A stretch of DNA of 64,000 nucleotides from Candidatus Caldarchaeum sp. (GTDB taxonomy: Archaea; Thermoproteota; Nitrososphaeria_A; Caldarchaeales; Caldarchaeaceae): the NCBI GenBank assembly GCA_038831915.1, contig JAWBKB010000008.1, forward strand, positions 1 to 64,000, given 5' to 3'. Under the pieces are notes generated by a model. The model did not search any database. It was not told the DNA's origin and saw nothing but the letters and a program-made list of their open reading frames with translations. The position numbers and the translations under genes were made by a program. Positions 21,025 through 30,935 of the stretch are shown here, one piece after another (position 1 is the stretch's first letter; every line of letters begins with the position of its first letter).

Positions 21025-21987
21025 TCACGATTTCTCCCTCAATGTAGTAGTCAAGACCCACAATATCAAAGCTGTTGAACATAAGATCGTGGTTATCATT
21101 CCAAATCCTAAAAACATAGTTGCGAGTGTCAAGCTAAAGTATCTTGTTATATTGAATTCATGTAGGAGAGTTAATCCCGTTAAAATCGATACAATAAGTG
21201 ATATAGACCCTGGTATCCCGTAGAAGGCAAGCGGATGCCGCATCGATATCATTTTTATTAAACTCAAAGTCACATCGAACCCGTGAGAAATTGGGTTGCG
21301 CTTTAATGAGTTAGGCACATTATACTCAACGTTTATCGGAACTTCGACTATTTTAAGGCCGCAGTTCACAGCTTTGTAAAGTATTTCCGAGTCCACTGCA
21401 AACCCAGTCTCAGAAGGGCTTATTCTCTCTATTGCTCTTTTGCTATAGGCTCTAAAGCCGCTTTGAGTGTCAGTTATATTTTTCACAGGCGTTAGCAGGT
21501 TAAGAAACCTGTTTCCAAGATATCGGTATCGCGGGACTTTCTTGATAGATTCTCTGTTAAGGAATCTACTTCCTACCACTATGTCTGCATCGGTTTCAAA
21601 CATCATTTTGAGAAGCTTTGGTATTTCGTCAGGGTCATGCTGTCCATCAGCATCTATAGTGATCATTACGTCCGCTCCTTCTTCTTTAGCTCTTTCGAAA
21701 AGCTTGCGAATGGCTGAACCTTTACCTGTGTTTCTTTCATTTCTAAGAATTTCAGCTCCAACTGCTCCAGCTATCTGAGAGGTCATATCAGTAGAGCCGT
21801 CATCGCATACGATTACTTTGTCAACATATCTCTTAACCTTTAACACCACTTTCGCTATTGTCATTTCTTCATTGTAAGCAGGTATGCCCGCTACAATGTA
21901 AGGCTTCCGATCAACTCCCAATGTTTTAACGTGCAAATGCGAGTTAGAACAAAAACGTTCGATAGTTATCGAATCAGTAGTCGCCAT
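21025..21987 (-). CDS. DPM1-like GT2 (polyprenol-phosphate glycosyltransferase)
   Basis: IPAYNEE, DDGSTD, DADGQH, GSRF, DTQSGFRA, two C-terminal TM helices. Confidence 0.9.
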   Translation of the reverse strand: MATTDSITIERFCSNSHLHVKTLGVDRKPYIVAGIPAYNEEMTIAKVVLKVKRYVDKVIVCDDGSTDMTSQIAGAVGAEILRNERNTGKGSAIRKLFERAKEEGADVMITIDADGQHDPDEIPKLLKMMFETDADIVVGSRFLNRESIKKVPRYRYLGNRFLNLLTPVKNITDTQSGFRAYSKRAIERISPSETGFAVDSEILYKAVNCGLKIVEVPINVEYNVPNSLKRNPISHGFDVTLSLIKMISMRHPLAFYGIPGSISLIVSILTGLTLLHEFNITRYFSLTLATMFLGFGMITTILCSTALILWVLTTTLREKS

Positions 21988-22050
21988 GCAAGTACCCTCG
22001 TCACGTCATTCAAGCGGCGTTACGGTGACAAATTCCAGGATAACTTTTTT

Positions 22051-22452
22051 CTATACCGTTAAGCATGGTGACATCTTTGTCAACAAGCAGATCGAACCGC
22101 AGTAGATGATAAAGCTTTTATCGTTTTTCCATTGACGTGCTTTCGGATGGCCCCACAAAGAAACAATCTGGCTTATCTTCCATGCCTCCTTCAATACTCT
22201 TAAAATTAGTTGTGTTTGGTTGGAAAGCGTTTGCTTGATTTCTTTTACGGCGTTTATCACAGCTTTCGCTAAAGTATGGTTCCTAATTTTTTTCAGCCGT
22301 GTCATCAGGTATGCTTTTATGAAGGCTCGGCAGGTTGGCGATAGCGTGTACCATTTTCTACGCTTCCTTATACTCATCACCAAGTTCTTCAACGTCTTGT
22401 CCATAATCGTGCTTAAATTATTGAATAAGCTGTAATTTGTCATCGCGTACAT
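22051..22452 (-). CDS. Small basic hypothetical protein
   Basis: Lys/Arg-rich helical ORF with a WG..A..W..D..FIIY.G motif. Start may be ATG 22404. Confidence 0.55.
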   Translation of the reverse strand: MYAMTNYSLFNNLSTIMDKTLKNLVMSIRKRRKWYTLSPTCRAFIKAYLMTRLKKIRNHTLAKAVINAVKEIKQTLSNQTQLILRVLKEAWKISQIVSLWGHPKARQWKNDKSFIIYCGSICLLTKMSPCLTV

Positions 22453-23722
22453 GCAACAATAACAGATATAAGAGCTTTTACTCGTTCAAGTTGACGGTAG
22501 CTGAATGAAGCATACATTTAACGTCAATCAGGCAAGTCGTCGGTTTTTTGCACTTTTTTATATTTTCTTACGACGCATCTTCTCCAATGATTCAGAGTAT
22601 TCAATAAGGTGCGATCTAATGAGCAGACCTAACGGAAAAACATCAACCACCTAGCGATTTGCAAGAACAGTGGAGCGAAGGCTAAATTTTGTGCGACTCT
22701 ATAAGGAGACGGCTAGAATCTAACCGAGTTTTGTGAAGTTTTTGTCATTTCCGCATGATTGACTTTGCACATTGGCGTATCATAGATCTGACCTAATAGA
22801 TGTCATTTTTACGGTTAGTCGAATGTCAAGCCCAACGATCTGGTTCGGTTAAATTGTTATCGCGTCCAGCAATCTAAATGGTCAGATGCCTATAGGGTTC
22901 TGAGAAATGACAAAGTTAAACAACGATATTGTGCAGACATCTTGTTCACATCGAAGTCCTCAATCCTTTTAATGAACGGTAGTAGCGTTGCGTTAAACTC
23001 TTCTCCTACTATCGCTGTCAACTCGGGAGAGTTGTTGTGTCCGGCTTCGCATGCTTCAAACAGCCAATTCAAGCCATGTATCGATGAATTAGAATTAGAC
23101 AGAGCTTTGCGGTCGGTCACTTCTAATTAACTATATAGACAGATGCTGAATGGTACTTGCTGTTTAACATCTCGAAACTGGTGTTCTGTCGTATCGTGTA
23201 TATGCGGGCGCTAGTAAGTAGAGTTAGAATCTCTGGCTAATCATCTACTACCTGTCCAGCTTTATCATCATTCTCCTTAACCGTTTGAAAGATCATGATG
23301 CATAGAGTCTTCCCTCAGAAGCTCTTTCATGGAATGGATATCAGTGCTTAGTCGTTGGGATAAATGAAAGTGTTAAGGGTTTCTCAGATGACTACTAACT
23401 GAAGCAATCGCGCAGTAGTTGCTTGAAGTCGCGTGCTGTTTTCAGTCCGTGCCCGGCTTCTCCCGTTCAAAGTTGTCCAACGCATAACATCACGCCCAAA
23501 CCAGTTAAAAGCAATTATGGCATAAAGCTTTGATAATTTCGGAGCATGTACTAATGTCAGCAGGTCAGCTAAACAACAATTAGTTTAAGCTAATAACCGA
23601 TCTTATGAACATTAGCAGACCAACACGCCAGAATCACAACACACAACTGTGGAACAAAAAGCTTTTCCGAACAACCCAAACTTTAATAAGGTAAGCGGGC
23701 ATAAACAATTTCCGGACAAAAC

Positions 23723-24430
23723 TTGGCAAGTCATCTCCAAAAAACACTTTTGAAATTCTTAGAGGAGGATGAAGAATTCCGATACACCATCATCGGACTC
23801 CTCGGAATAGAAGAAATACTCAAAAGGCTAGACAGAAACCAAGCCGAACTCATCAAACTAAGAGAAGACATGCTTCAAGGATTCAAACGACACGACGAGG
23901 AACTAGCCTGTTGAGAGAAGAAACCAACAGATTTAGAGAAGACATGTTATCTGGATTCAAAAGACATGATGAGGAAATGATGCTTCAGAAGGCATTACGA
24001 GGAATTGATTAGATTTCAGCAAGACATAATGAAAGGTTTTGACCTCGTCAATCGCCCGTTGGATGCTCTGGGCGCCAGATGGGGGCTTATGGCTGAATCA
24101 GCTTTCCGAGAAGGGCTTAAAGGAGTTTTGGAGAAAGAATATGGCCTGGCCGTGGAAAAATGGACGGCCTTCGACGATGAAGGGGTTGTTTATGGATTGC
24201 CTGGAGTGGTGTAAATCGACGTGGCTGTGAGAGACGGAAGAACGATTCTGGTCGAGGTCAAGTCGCATGTAAGACGTTCCGACGTGGCCGAATTCCTCCG
24301 CAAAACAGATTTCTACACATCAAAGACCGGAAAAACACCCGACAGAAAAATCATCATCTCACCATACGTCGAAGAAGACGCGTTTGAGGCAGCGAGACAA
24401 CGTGACATAAAAATCTACACCGAAACATGA
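23723..24430 (+). pseudogene. DUF3782-like coiled-coil / PD-(D/E)XK nuclease, disrupted
   Basis: LEEDEEFRY, REDM..GFKRHDEE repeats, LGARWGL..ESAFREGL, IDVAV..LVEVKS. Frameshifts near 23910 and 23980 and an in-frame TAA at 24212. Confidence 0.8.
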
Positions 24431-24519
24431 AGTTTTTAACGAACTTCCCACTATGCCATAATGGGATGATGACAAACGTCCATCTAGAGCTGTGATAGCC
24501 GATGGGCAGTCTGACCCTC

Positions 24520-25620
24520 TTATTCATTCATCTCTGATAACTCGATGTCAAGCCCTGAAACCTCCGGCGAGCCATCTTCGGAATAGTTGGCGAAAACCCG
24601 GTCGCTGTAAAGAAACGACAGATAACTGAACGTCCGAGATACGGTTGCGGGAGTCGAGCGATAGCCTGCGTCAATCATCCGATAAGCCGTCGCCAAACAA
24701 AGCACGTCGAGCCGAACTTTGTGAACTGCTTTTGATAGAACACGGTAAGCTTCTGTCAAAAACTGAGCTTCAACCTGTCTCCCCGCAGACCTCAGCGGAA
24801 GAACTGACTGAACGAAATAGCTGAAAAACGATTGGTCAAGCCGTTCAACAGGTTTATTCAGAACAATTTCTAGCTCACGGAAATTTTTCATCAATATTTT
24901 TGAAACCATGTATTTGCCGCGTCTCGGCTTGTCGAGAAGACCTAGGTCTGAAAGCCATTCAAGCCGCGGCGGAACAGTGTGACGGTATTTTGCGTAAAGC
25001 CTGCTCCGAATCCATTCAACCTTAGAATAACCTAGCCTTTCTTCCCTGAAACGCGCCGCGCTCTCCAACTCCTTTAGAACCAACTGTCTTCTTCTATCCG
25101 TGAGCTTTTTCGCAACGCGGCGAAGAGCTTCTGGGTAGATCTCCTCCATGATAACTTCCATGGCTTGCTGACGCGTAAATTCACGGGTTTTCGCCGCCCA
25201 CAGCAGTATGTTCGAAATCATGTGAAAATCCTTGCTTAGCAAAGCATGAAGGAACAGAATTTTCTCGGATTCTCCGAGGGCTAAAATTCTCGAAAGCAAA
25301 GCTGTGTCCTCCCCTGTAATGTGTTTTTTCAAGTGAGACGCTGAATTCATGCAGATGTAGGCTGCTCCGAAGGGCCCCAGCCCGCCTGTTGACTTGTCGT
25401 AAAACCCAAGCTCCGACGCGAGCTTCACGTAGTTGGTTGCGTTGACCTCGGTTCGAAGTAATCCGAGCTGTTCGACAGCGTCGTTTTCAGCTGTTTTGGA
25501 TGTTTCGAGGAGAAGCGAACTGAGATAATCGGGGGACCGTGGAACACCATCTTCAAGCAGACAAGCAACGACCTTGAGATAGCCAAGCCTGCAAACATCT
25601 CCGTGAACTTCCAGTATCAC
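24520..25620 (-). CDS. Hypothetical protein with probable tandem winged-helix domains
   Basis: 366 aa ORF. YVKLASELGFYD and PRLEWLSDLGLLDK resemble wHTH helix-wing motifs. GTGA overlap with the upstream MTase. Confidence 0.7.
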   Translation of the reverse strand: MILEVHGDVCRLGYLKVVACLLEDGVPRSPDYLSSLLLETSKTAENDAVEQLGLLRTEVNATNYVKLASELGFYDKSTGGLGPFGAAYICMNSASHLKKHITGEDTALLSRILALGESEKILFLHALLSKDFHMISNILLWAAKTREFTRQQAMEVIMEEIYPEALRRVAKKLTDRRRQLVLKELESAARFREERLGYSKVEWIRSRLYAKYRHTVPPRLEWLSDLGLLDKPRRGKYMVSKILMKNFRELEIVLNKPVERLDQSFFSYFVQSVLPLRSAGRQVEAQFLTEAYRVLSKAVHKVRLDVLCLATAYRMIDAGYRSTPATVSRTFSYLSFLYSDRVFANYSEDGSPEVSGLDIELSEMNE

Positions 25621-26783
25621 GACGCTTTCACCAACCCAGAAACCAGCCTACGAGGAACCCCTTTGGCCAAAACGAGAATTTTCTCCTTGTCCACACCCTG
25701 CCATGGCTTGAGGTACATCAAATATTTGTGTTCCCGCCGAATACCGTCGCTGATAATTGCCTCCGGAGTAAAGCCGGCGTTTTCAGCAGGCTGTATCAGA
25801 AGTTCAGACATGTCCACACGTCTTCTACCTACCCGCACATCACCGACGACCAAAACACAGAATCCCCCAAACCGAAGAACACGAAACATTTCCCTCAACG
25901 CACGCTCCATGAACCAAACATAACGAGCAACGGACTGTGTTCCGAAAAGCCGTTTGTTCACGGCCCGGTAGTCATAGCCGAGAAACCAAAGCCGAAGCCA
26001 ATTATCCCATGCATATGTTTGGAGGTTGAAGTAAGGCGGCGAAGTGACGATGAGGTCGAAGGATTCGTCGGCAAAAGGGAGTGAAACCGCGTCCACGTTA
26101 AACGCCGCCCCTCTCACCGGCGGAAGTCCATCTGCCAAAACCTGCTCCGCCTTCTTCAACAAACAAGCCAAAACGTTCCGCACCGGTCTTTTCAAACGAT
26201 GCTTCGCCACGTAACGACGAATGTAGTTGGGAGCCATCGAAAAAGAATGGCTACTTGGAACGCTGAGGCTTATTTCTGATGAGCCGTGCAGAATTCCTAA
26301 CATGCATGCTTTCACAAAGTTTGAAACATCGTCTTCGGCGTCGAGCAACAGCTCACGTACAGCCAGAATTTGTTTAAGCGTCTGCGAATGATAGAAAACA
26401 CGTACATCTTCGTCGACATCGTAAACCGATACGGCGTCAGGCCGCATCACCTTGGACGCATGATCAACCCAGTTTCTCACATCCTTAAACGATACAGGGT
26501 TTACTTTCGCACGTGTCACGACATATGCTTCCGGTGCGAGGTCGTTTCCTACACCGACACGGTTGGTCAGACATGCTTCTAGAGGAGCTGTGCCCTTCCC
26601 CGAAAAAGGGTCGAAAACCACGTCGCCGCGGTCTGAAAATTTTTCGATAACCCATCTTGCCAAAGCCGGTGGAAAAGAACCTGTTCTGGACATAATTCGA
26701 TGTAATGAACTTCCCCAGTTTTTTCCAACATTCTTCCACGAGTCAACAACCTCGTCGCTGAGAATGTACGATACTTGCGCCAT
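25617..26783 (-). CDS. Amino (probably N4-cytosine) DNA methyltransferase, alpha motif order
   Basis: DPFSGKGT (motif I) precedes TSPPY (motif IV). Start ATG 26783 or GTG 26810. Confidence 0.85.
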   Translation of the reverse strand: MAQVSYILSDEVVDSWKNVGKNWGSSLHRIMSRTGSFPPALARWVIEKFSDRGDVVFDPFSGKGTAPLEACLTNRVGVGNDLAPEAYVVTRAKVNPVSFKDVRNWVDHASKVMRPDAVSVYDVDEDVRVFYHSQTLKQILAVRELLLDAEDDVSNFVKACMLGILHGSSEISLSVPSSHSFSMAPNYIRRYVAKHRLKRPVRNVLACLLKKAEQVLADGLPPVRGAAFNVDAVSLPFADESFDLIVTSPPYFNLQTYAWDNWLRLWFLGYDYRAVNKRLFGTQSVARYVWFMERALREMFRVLRFGGFCVLVVGDVRVGRRRVDMSELLIQPAENAGFTPEAIISDGIRREHKYLMYLKPWQGVDKEKILVLAKGVPRRLVSGLVKAS

Positions 26784-27007
26784 CGAGAAACTCCGCAGAC
26801 ATCTGACCACGCTTTAATCGTTGTCACGACATACCACGACCCAATTCCCACGTTATTTTGAATCAGTTGACCGCAGTAATTCTGGGAAAATACCTTTTGG
26901 AAAACTGGTTTTGTCCGATAGCTGGCATGCGGCGGGCTGAGAAATCCAGCTTGTAATAAGGATAAAATATTTCCCGATAGGTTTGTTTTGTTGTCGGTGT
27001 GTAGTGA

Positions 27008-27574
27008 TTGGAGGCTACTGTTCTTCCCTACGATGGGCGAGAGCATTACGAGCTCGTCATTAAAGATTTTAGACGAGAGTTACCGCTTATCCAAGTTTCC
27101 CCTGACACGTGGATAGCTTATTTCGACAGCTTGGGAGACCGTGAATTCATCGCCCACTGCGCTAAAATCATCGCCGAACATCTACGCGACTGCGAAATCC
27201 TCGTTACGTCAGAAAGCAAAGGCATTCCTCTCGTTCATGAAATTGCGTCGCTGCTCGGTCATCCCCGTTACATAGTCTGCAGAAAAGAGCGAAAAGCATT
27301 CATGAAAGACCCTATAGCGGTGCGGTTCAGACCGATAACTTCATCCAAAGACCTTGAGCTCATCATCGACGGCCGCTACATTCCTTACATCAAAGGCCGA
27401 AAAGTGGGAATCGTCGACGACATCGTCAGCACGCGAAGCACCATGGAAGCCATGGAAAAAATCGTCAAGATGGTAGGGGGACACGTCGTCAAGAAAGCCA
27501 CCGTTCTCGTCGAAGGCGAACATTACCCCGACGTGTTCTACCTCGGTGTTTTACCGATATTCAAGCGCCTCTGA
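27008..27574 (+). CDS. Type I phosphoribosyltransferase (adenine/purine PRT-like)
   Basis: ESKGIP, RK, IVDDIVSTRST PRPP loop. Confidence 0.85.
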   Translation: MEATVLPYDGREHYELVIKDFRRELPLIQVSPDTWIAYFDSLGDREFIAHCAKIIAEHLRDCEILVTSESKGIPLVHEIASLLGHPRYIVCRKERKAFMKDPIAVRFRPITSSKDLELIIDGRYIPYIKGRKVGIVDDIVSTRSTMEAMEKIVKMVGGHVVKKATVLVEGEHYPDVFYLGVLPIFKRL

Positions 27575-28274
27575 GAACTTTCATAACGTCAGCGTTACTG
27601 AACAGCTCGCTAACCCCGCCTTCGAAGATAACTTCACCCCTTTCAAGAACGTAGAGCCTTTCAGCAGACCTAGATGCCAATAACACGTTCGACTCTGTCA
27701 AAACAACGCCGATTCCATGTTCCTTAATTGTGGTGATAGCTTTGACAAACCTCTCTACGACGACGGGGGCAAGTCCTTCCAAGGCTTCGTCTACCAACAT
27801 GATTTTTGGCAGCGTTGCTAGGCTGCGGGAGATAGCTAGCATCTTTTTCTCCCCACCGCTCAAGTAGTATCCCATCCTGTTGAGGAAATTTTTCAATTCT
27901 GGAAAAATTGAATAGATTAGGTCCATGATGTCGTCGAGTTTGTTCATGTTTTTGGATAGGAAAGCGGCGAGCTCTATGTTTTCTTTCGCCGTTAGGTAGG
28001 GAAATATCCGCATGTCCTCTGGAACATATCCGATGCCCATTCTGACTCTTTCATGGGGCGGTTTAGTCGTCAAATCCGCTGAGTCAAACATAATTTTCCC
28101 TCGGTTGGGCTTATATAATCCGATGATGGATTTTAGGGTGCTGGACTTTCCGGCCCCGTTTCTCCCAACGATGGCGATGATTTCATCGCGTCTCGCTTTG
28201 AGCGATATGCCGCGTAATATTTCGTTATTCGCTATCGATAGATGAAGATTTTGCACTTCAAGCATAGATACCAC
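27561..28274 (-). CDS. livF: Branched-chain amino acid-type ABC ATPase
   Basis: GRNGAGKS, LSGGE, VDE. Confidence 0.88.
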   Translation of the reverse strand: MVSMLEVQNLHLSIANNEILRGISLKARRDEIIAIVGRNGAGKSSTLKSIIGLYKPNRGKIMFDSADLTTKPPHERVRMGIGYVPEDMRIFPYLTAKENIELAAFLSKNMNKLDDIMDLIYSIFPELKNFLNRMGYYLSGGEKKMLAISRSLATLPKIMLVDEALEGLAPVVVERFVKAITTIKEHGIGVVLTESNVLLASRSAERLYVLERGEVIFEGGVSELFSNADVMKVLRGA

Positions 28275-29010
28275 CGAGTAGCAGGCGTTTCACCTCCTCA
28301 TCACGTCGTATCTCGTCGACTTTTCCATCAGCGATTATTTTGCCCTGGTGGAGAACCAGAACTCTTTCCCCGTAGCGGAAAACGATGTCCATGTCGTGTT
28401 CGATTATGATGGCTGCGACTTTTAACTTACGTATCACTTCCATGATTTTCTTCATGACAACATCTTTATCGCTTGTCGATACCCCGCTGGTCGGCTCGTC
28501 GAGCAGGATAAGTTGAGGGTTGAGTGAGAACGCGATGGCGACATCTAGTAGTTTCCGGTCACCGTAGGAAATGTTGGCTATGTAATCGTGTTGTTTGTCC
28601 ATAAGGCCGAATAGGTTCAGGATGTTTTCCACTTCTTCGAACTCTTGTGAAAACTCATCCACCACCCTGTTTAGTTTGGATAAATGTTGATTTCGTGTCA
28701 AAACAGATACGAGAACGTTTTCGTGCACCGTGAGTCTGTCGAAATTGTTTGCAATTTGGAAGCTTCTCACGATTCCCTTCCGGACTCGTTCCACTGGTTT
28801 GAGACGTGTCATGTCCTGGTTCATGAACAATATTCTGCCACTGTCGACAGGTATGTATCCGCTCACCAAATTAACTAGGGTGGTTTTCCCTGCACCATTA
28901 GGTCCTATCAACATCACGACTTCGCCGGCGTCAAGCTCCACAGATACGTCATCAACCGCTCTGACACCACCAAAGTATTTCTTAACATTTATCAACTTCA
29001 ACACGGCCAT
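28258..29010 (-). CDS. livG: Branched-chain amino acid-type ABC ATPase
   Basis: FGGVRAV, GPNGAGKTT, LLDEPT, IEHDM. Confidence 0.9.
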   Translation of the reverse strand: MAVLKLINVKKYFGGVRAVDDVSVELDAGEVVMLIGPNGAGKTTLVNLVSGYIPVDSGRILFMNQDMTRLKPVERVRKGIVRSFQIANNFDRLTVHENVLVSVLTRNQHLSKLNRVVDEFSQEFEEVENILNLFGLMDKQHDYIANISYGDRKLLDVAIAFSLNPQLILLDEPTSGVSTSDKDVVMKKIMEVIRKLKVAAIIIEHDMDIVFRYGERVLVLHQGKIIADGKVDEIRRDEEVKRLLLGGIYA

Positions 29011-29013
29011 TCA

Positions 29014-30012
29014 TCATGCACCTAATCGTCTCAGAAAACGTGGGTAGACCAGCGACGTTTTCAATAGCTGTGTAAGTCCTCCAGGCATGAAAATTATCAA
29101 CACTATCACAAGTGCACCCATGATCAGTTGCCAGTAGATGAATCGCATGGCGAAGTTTTCGATTAGGTGGAAGACGAACGAACCTATTATCGGGCCGATG
29201 AAAAGTTTAGAGCCGCCGATTAGTGTTGCGAAGACTACTTTACCCGACGTTGTCCAATACGCTATGTCGGGTGTTACGAGTCTTTGATGGTAAACGGCTA
29301 ACATGCCTGTGATGCCTGCGTAAACCGCTGAGATTATGAACGCGATCAGCCTGGTTCTGTATACGTTTATGCCGATGAAGTTAGCCCTTGTTTCGTTGTT
29401 GCGTATTGCTCTCAACGCCAATCCGAAAGGCGAGTTAACCACGCGCCACATGAAAATCGTCAAAACGACCATTATGGCCGTAACGTAGTAAAAGTATACG
29501 TGATGGTAGGTTGCGAAATCAAGGCCTTCGAGCGATATCCCAAATATTGAAAACCGTGGCAACTTGATTCCGTCTGTCCCACCGGTTATCCAGAAAAACT
29601 TGTAGTAAAGGCTCCAGAAAACTTGTGCGATAGCGAGCATCAGGATTGCGAAGAATATTCGAGTATATCTGACCACAAGTGGCCCGATGAGAGCCGCTAT
29701 ACCGAGTGATGCGAGAATGGCGGCGGCTAAGTTGATTTCGACATTGTTGATTCCTAGGTATTTGTAGATGAATCCGGCGGTGTATGCGCCTATACCAAGA
29801 AAAAGTGCATGTCCGAAACTTAGCAGCCCGCCGTATCCAAACAACAGGTTGAACCCAAGGAGAGCGGCGACCCACGTCATCCCATAGCCCATCACAACGC
29901 CGAGGCCGGGCGAAAGAAAATAGACAACAGGGTAAACCGCGGCCAAAGCTCCTATAACCAACAGGTTAGTTCTTAAATCGTCTCCCAATGCTCTCTTGAT
30001 TCTTTCTACCAT
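29014..30012 (-). CDS. livM: Branched-chain amino acid-type ABC permease
   Basis: GLLSFGHA, TGGTDG, SPFGLALRAIR. Confidence 0.88.
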   Translation of the reverse strand: MVERIKRALGDDLRTNLLVIGALAAVYPVVYFLSPGLGVVMGYGMTWVAALLGFNLLFGYGGLLSFGHALFLGIGAYTAGFIYKYLGINNVEINLAAAILASLGIAALIGPLVVRYTRIFFAILMLAIAQVFWSLYYKFFWITGGTDGIKLPRFSIFGISLEGLDFATYHHVYFYYVTAIMVVLTIFMWRVVNSPFGLALRAIRNNETRANFIGINVYRTRLIAFIISAVYAGITGMLAVYHQRLVTPDIAYWTTSGKVVFATLIGGSKLFIGPIIGSFVFHLIENFAMRFIYWQLIMGALVIVLIIFMPGGLTQLLKTSLVYPRFLRRLGA

Positions 30013-30902
30013 TTTCTACCACCTCCGAGGCCTTCGGGCTTTAGCAAAAGCACGGCGAAAGCGACTATGTAGAGAAGGGCGAGCTCGAGTTCGGGGATGA
30101 TGATTAGAGTGATGGTTCGTAGGATGCTTACAATGAATGCGCCGATTAGCGAGCCGAAGAAGCTTCCTAGCCCTCCGATGACAACCACGACGAAGGCGAG
30201 AACAAGCAGCTCAACCGACATTCCTAACATCGCTGATGTAGCGGGTATGAATAGCCCGCCACCCAACCCAGCGAGAAAACCAGCTAAAGCTACCGTGAGA
30301 AGCAGGACCATTCTGACGTTTGTTCCAAGGGCTGTGGCCATCTCCAAATCCATCGACGCCGCTCTGATGACCATCCCTAACCTCGTCTTGAACAGAAAAT
30401 ACCAGAGAAGGAACGCGATTACGAAGGCAGACAAGATGACGTAGGTGTTGTAAAGCGGTATGAAGTACTCGCCCAGCCTAATGGAGCCGGCGAGCTCAAA
30501 CGGCTGTGAAGCTCTAAGCGGCGCCGACCCCCACACAAGCCTAAACACGTCCTCGAAGATTAATAGCAATCCATAGGTGATGAGAAGCTGGACTTCATCT
30601 CCTTTTCCAGTGCTGAACTGGAAGAACGGCAGTAGGGCGAGGGAGACGACGACCACGACCAAGGCCGCCATTAAAGGCGGGAAAATCAGTAGCGGTGGCA
30701 CAGAGGTTCCGAAAACATTTACGACCGCATTCATAACAAACCCGGCCACGATGTAGCAGCCGAACATGAAAAGAGACGGATGCGCAAGGTTCACAATCCT
30801 CATCACACCGTAGATGATGTTAAGACCTACGGCTATCAGAAATAGGACGGAAGCTCCGAAAAAAACGTTATAGACTCTTACAACAATTTCCTCTAACCCA
30901 AT
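30006..30902 (-). CDS. livH: Branched-chain amino acid-type ABC permease, start codon non-canonical or damaged
   Basis: LIAVGLNIIYGVMRIVNLAH motif lies partly upstream of the first GTG (30806). The frame is open to at least ATT 30902. Confidence 0.8.
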   Translation of the reverse strand: MGLEEIVVRVYNVFFGASVLFLIAVGLNIIYGVMRIVNLAHPSLFMFGCYIVAGFVMNAVVNVFGTSVPPLLIFPPLMAALVVVVVSLALLPFFQFSTGKGDEVQLLITYGLLLIFEDVFRLVWGSAPLRASQPFELAGSIRLGEYFIPLYNTYVILSAFVIAFLLWYFLFKTRLGMVIRAASMDLEMATALGTNVRMVLLLTVALAGFLAGLGGGLFIPATSAMLGMSVELLVLAFVVVVIGGLGSFFGSLIGAFIVSILRTITLIIIPELELALLYIVAFAVLLLKPEGLGGGRKW

Positions 30903-30935
30903 CGTGCCGCATCGCCTCTGTCAGCAGTCGTTTGT

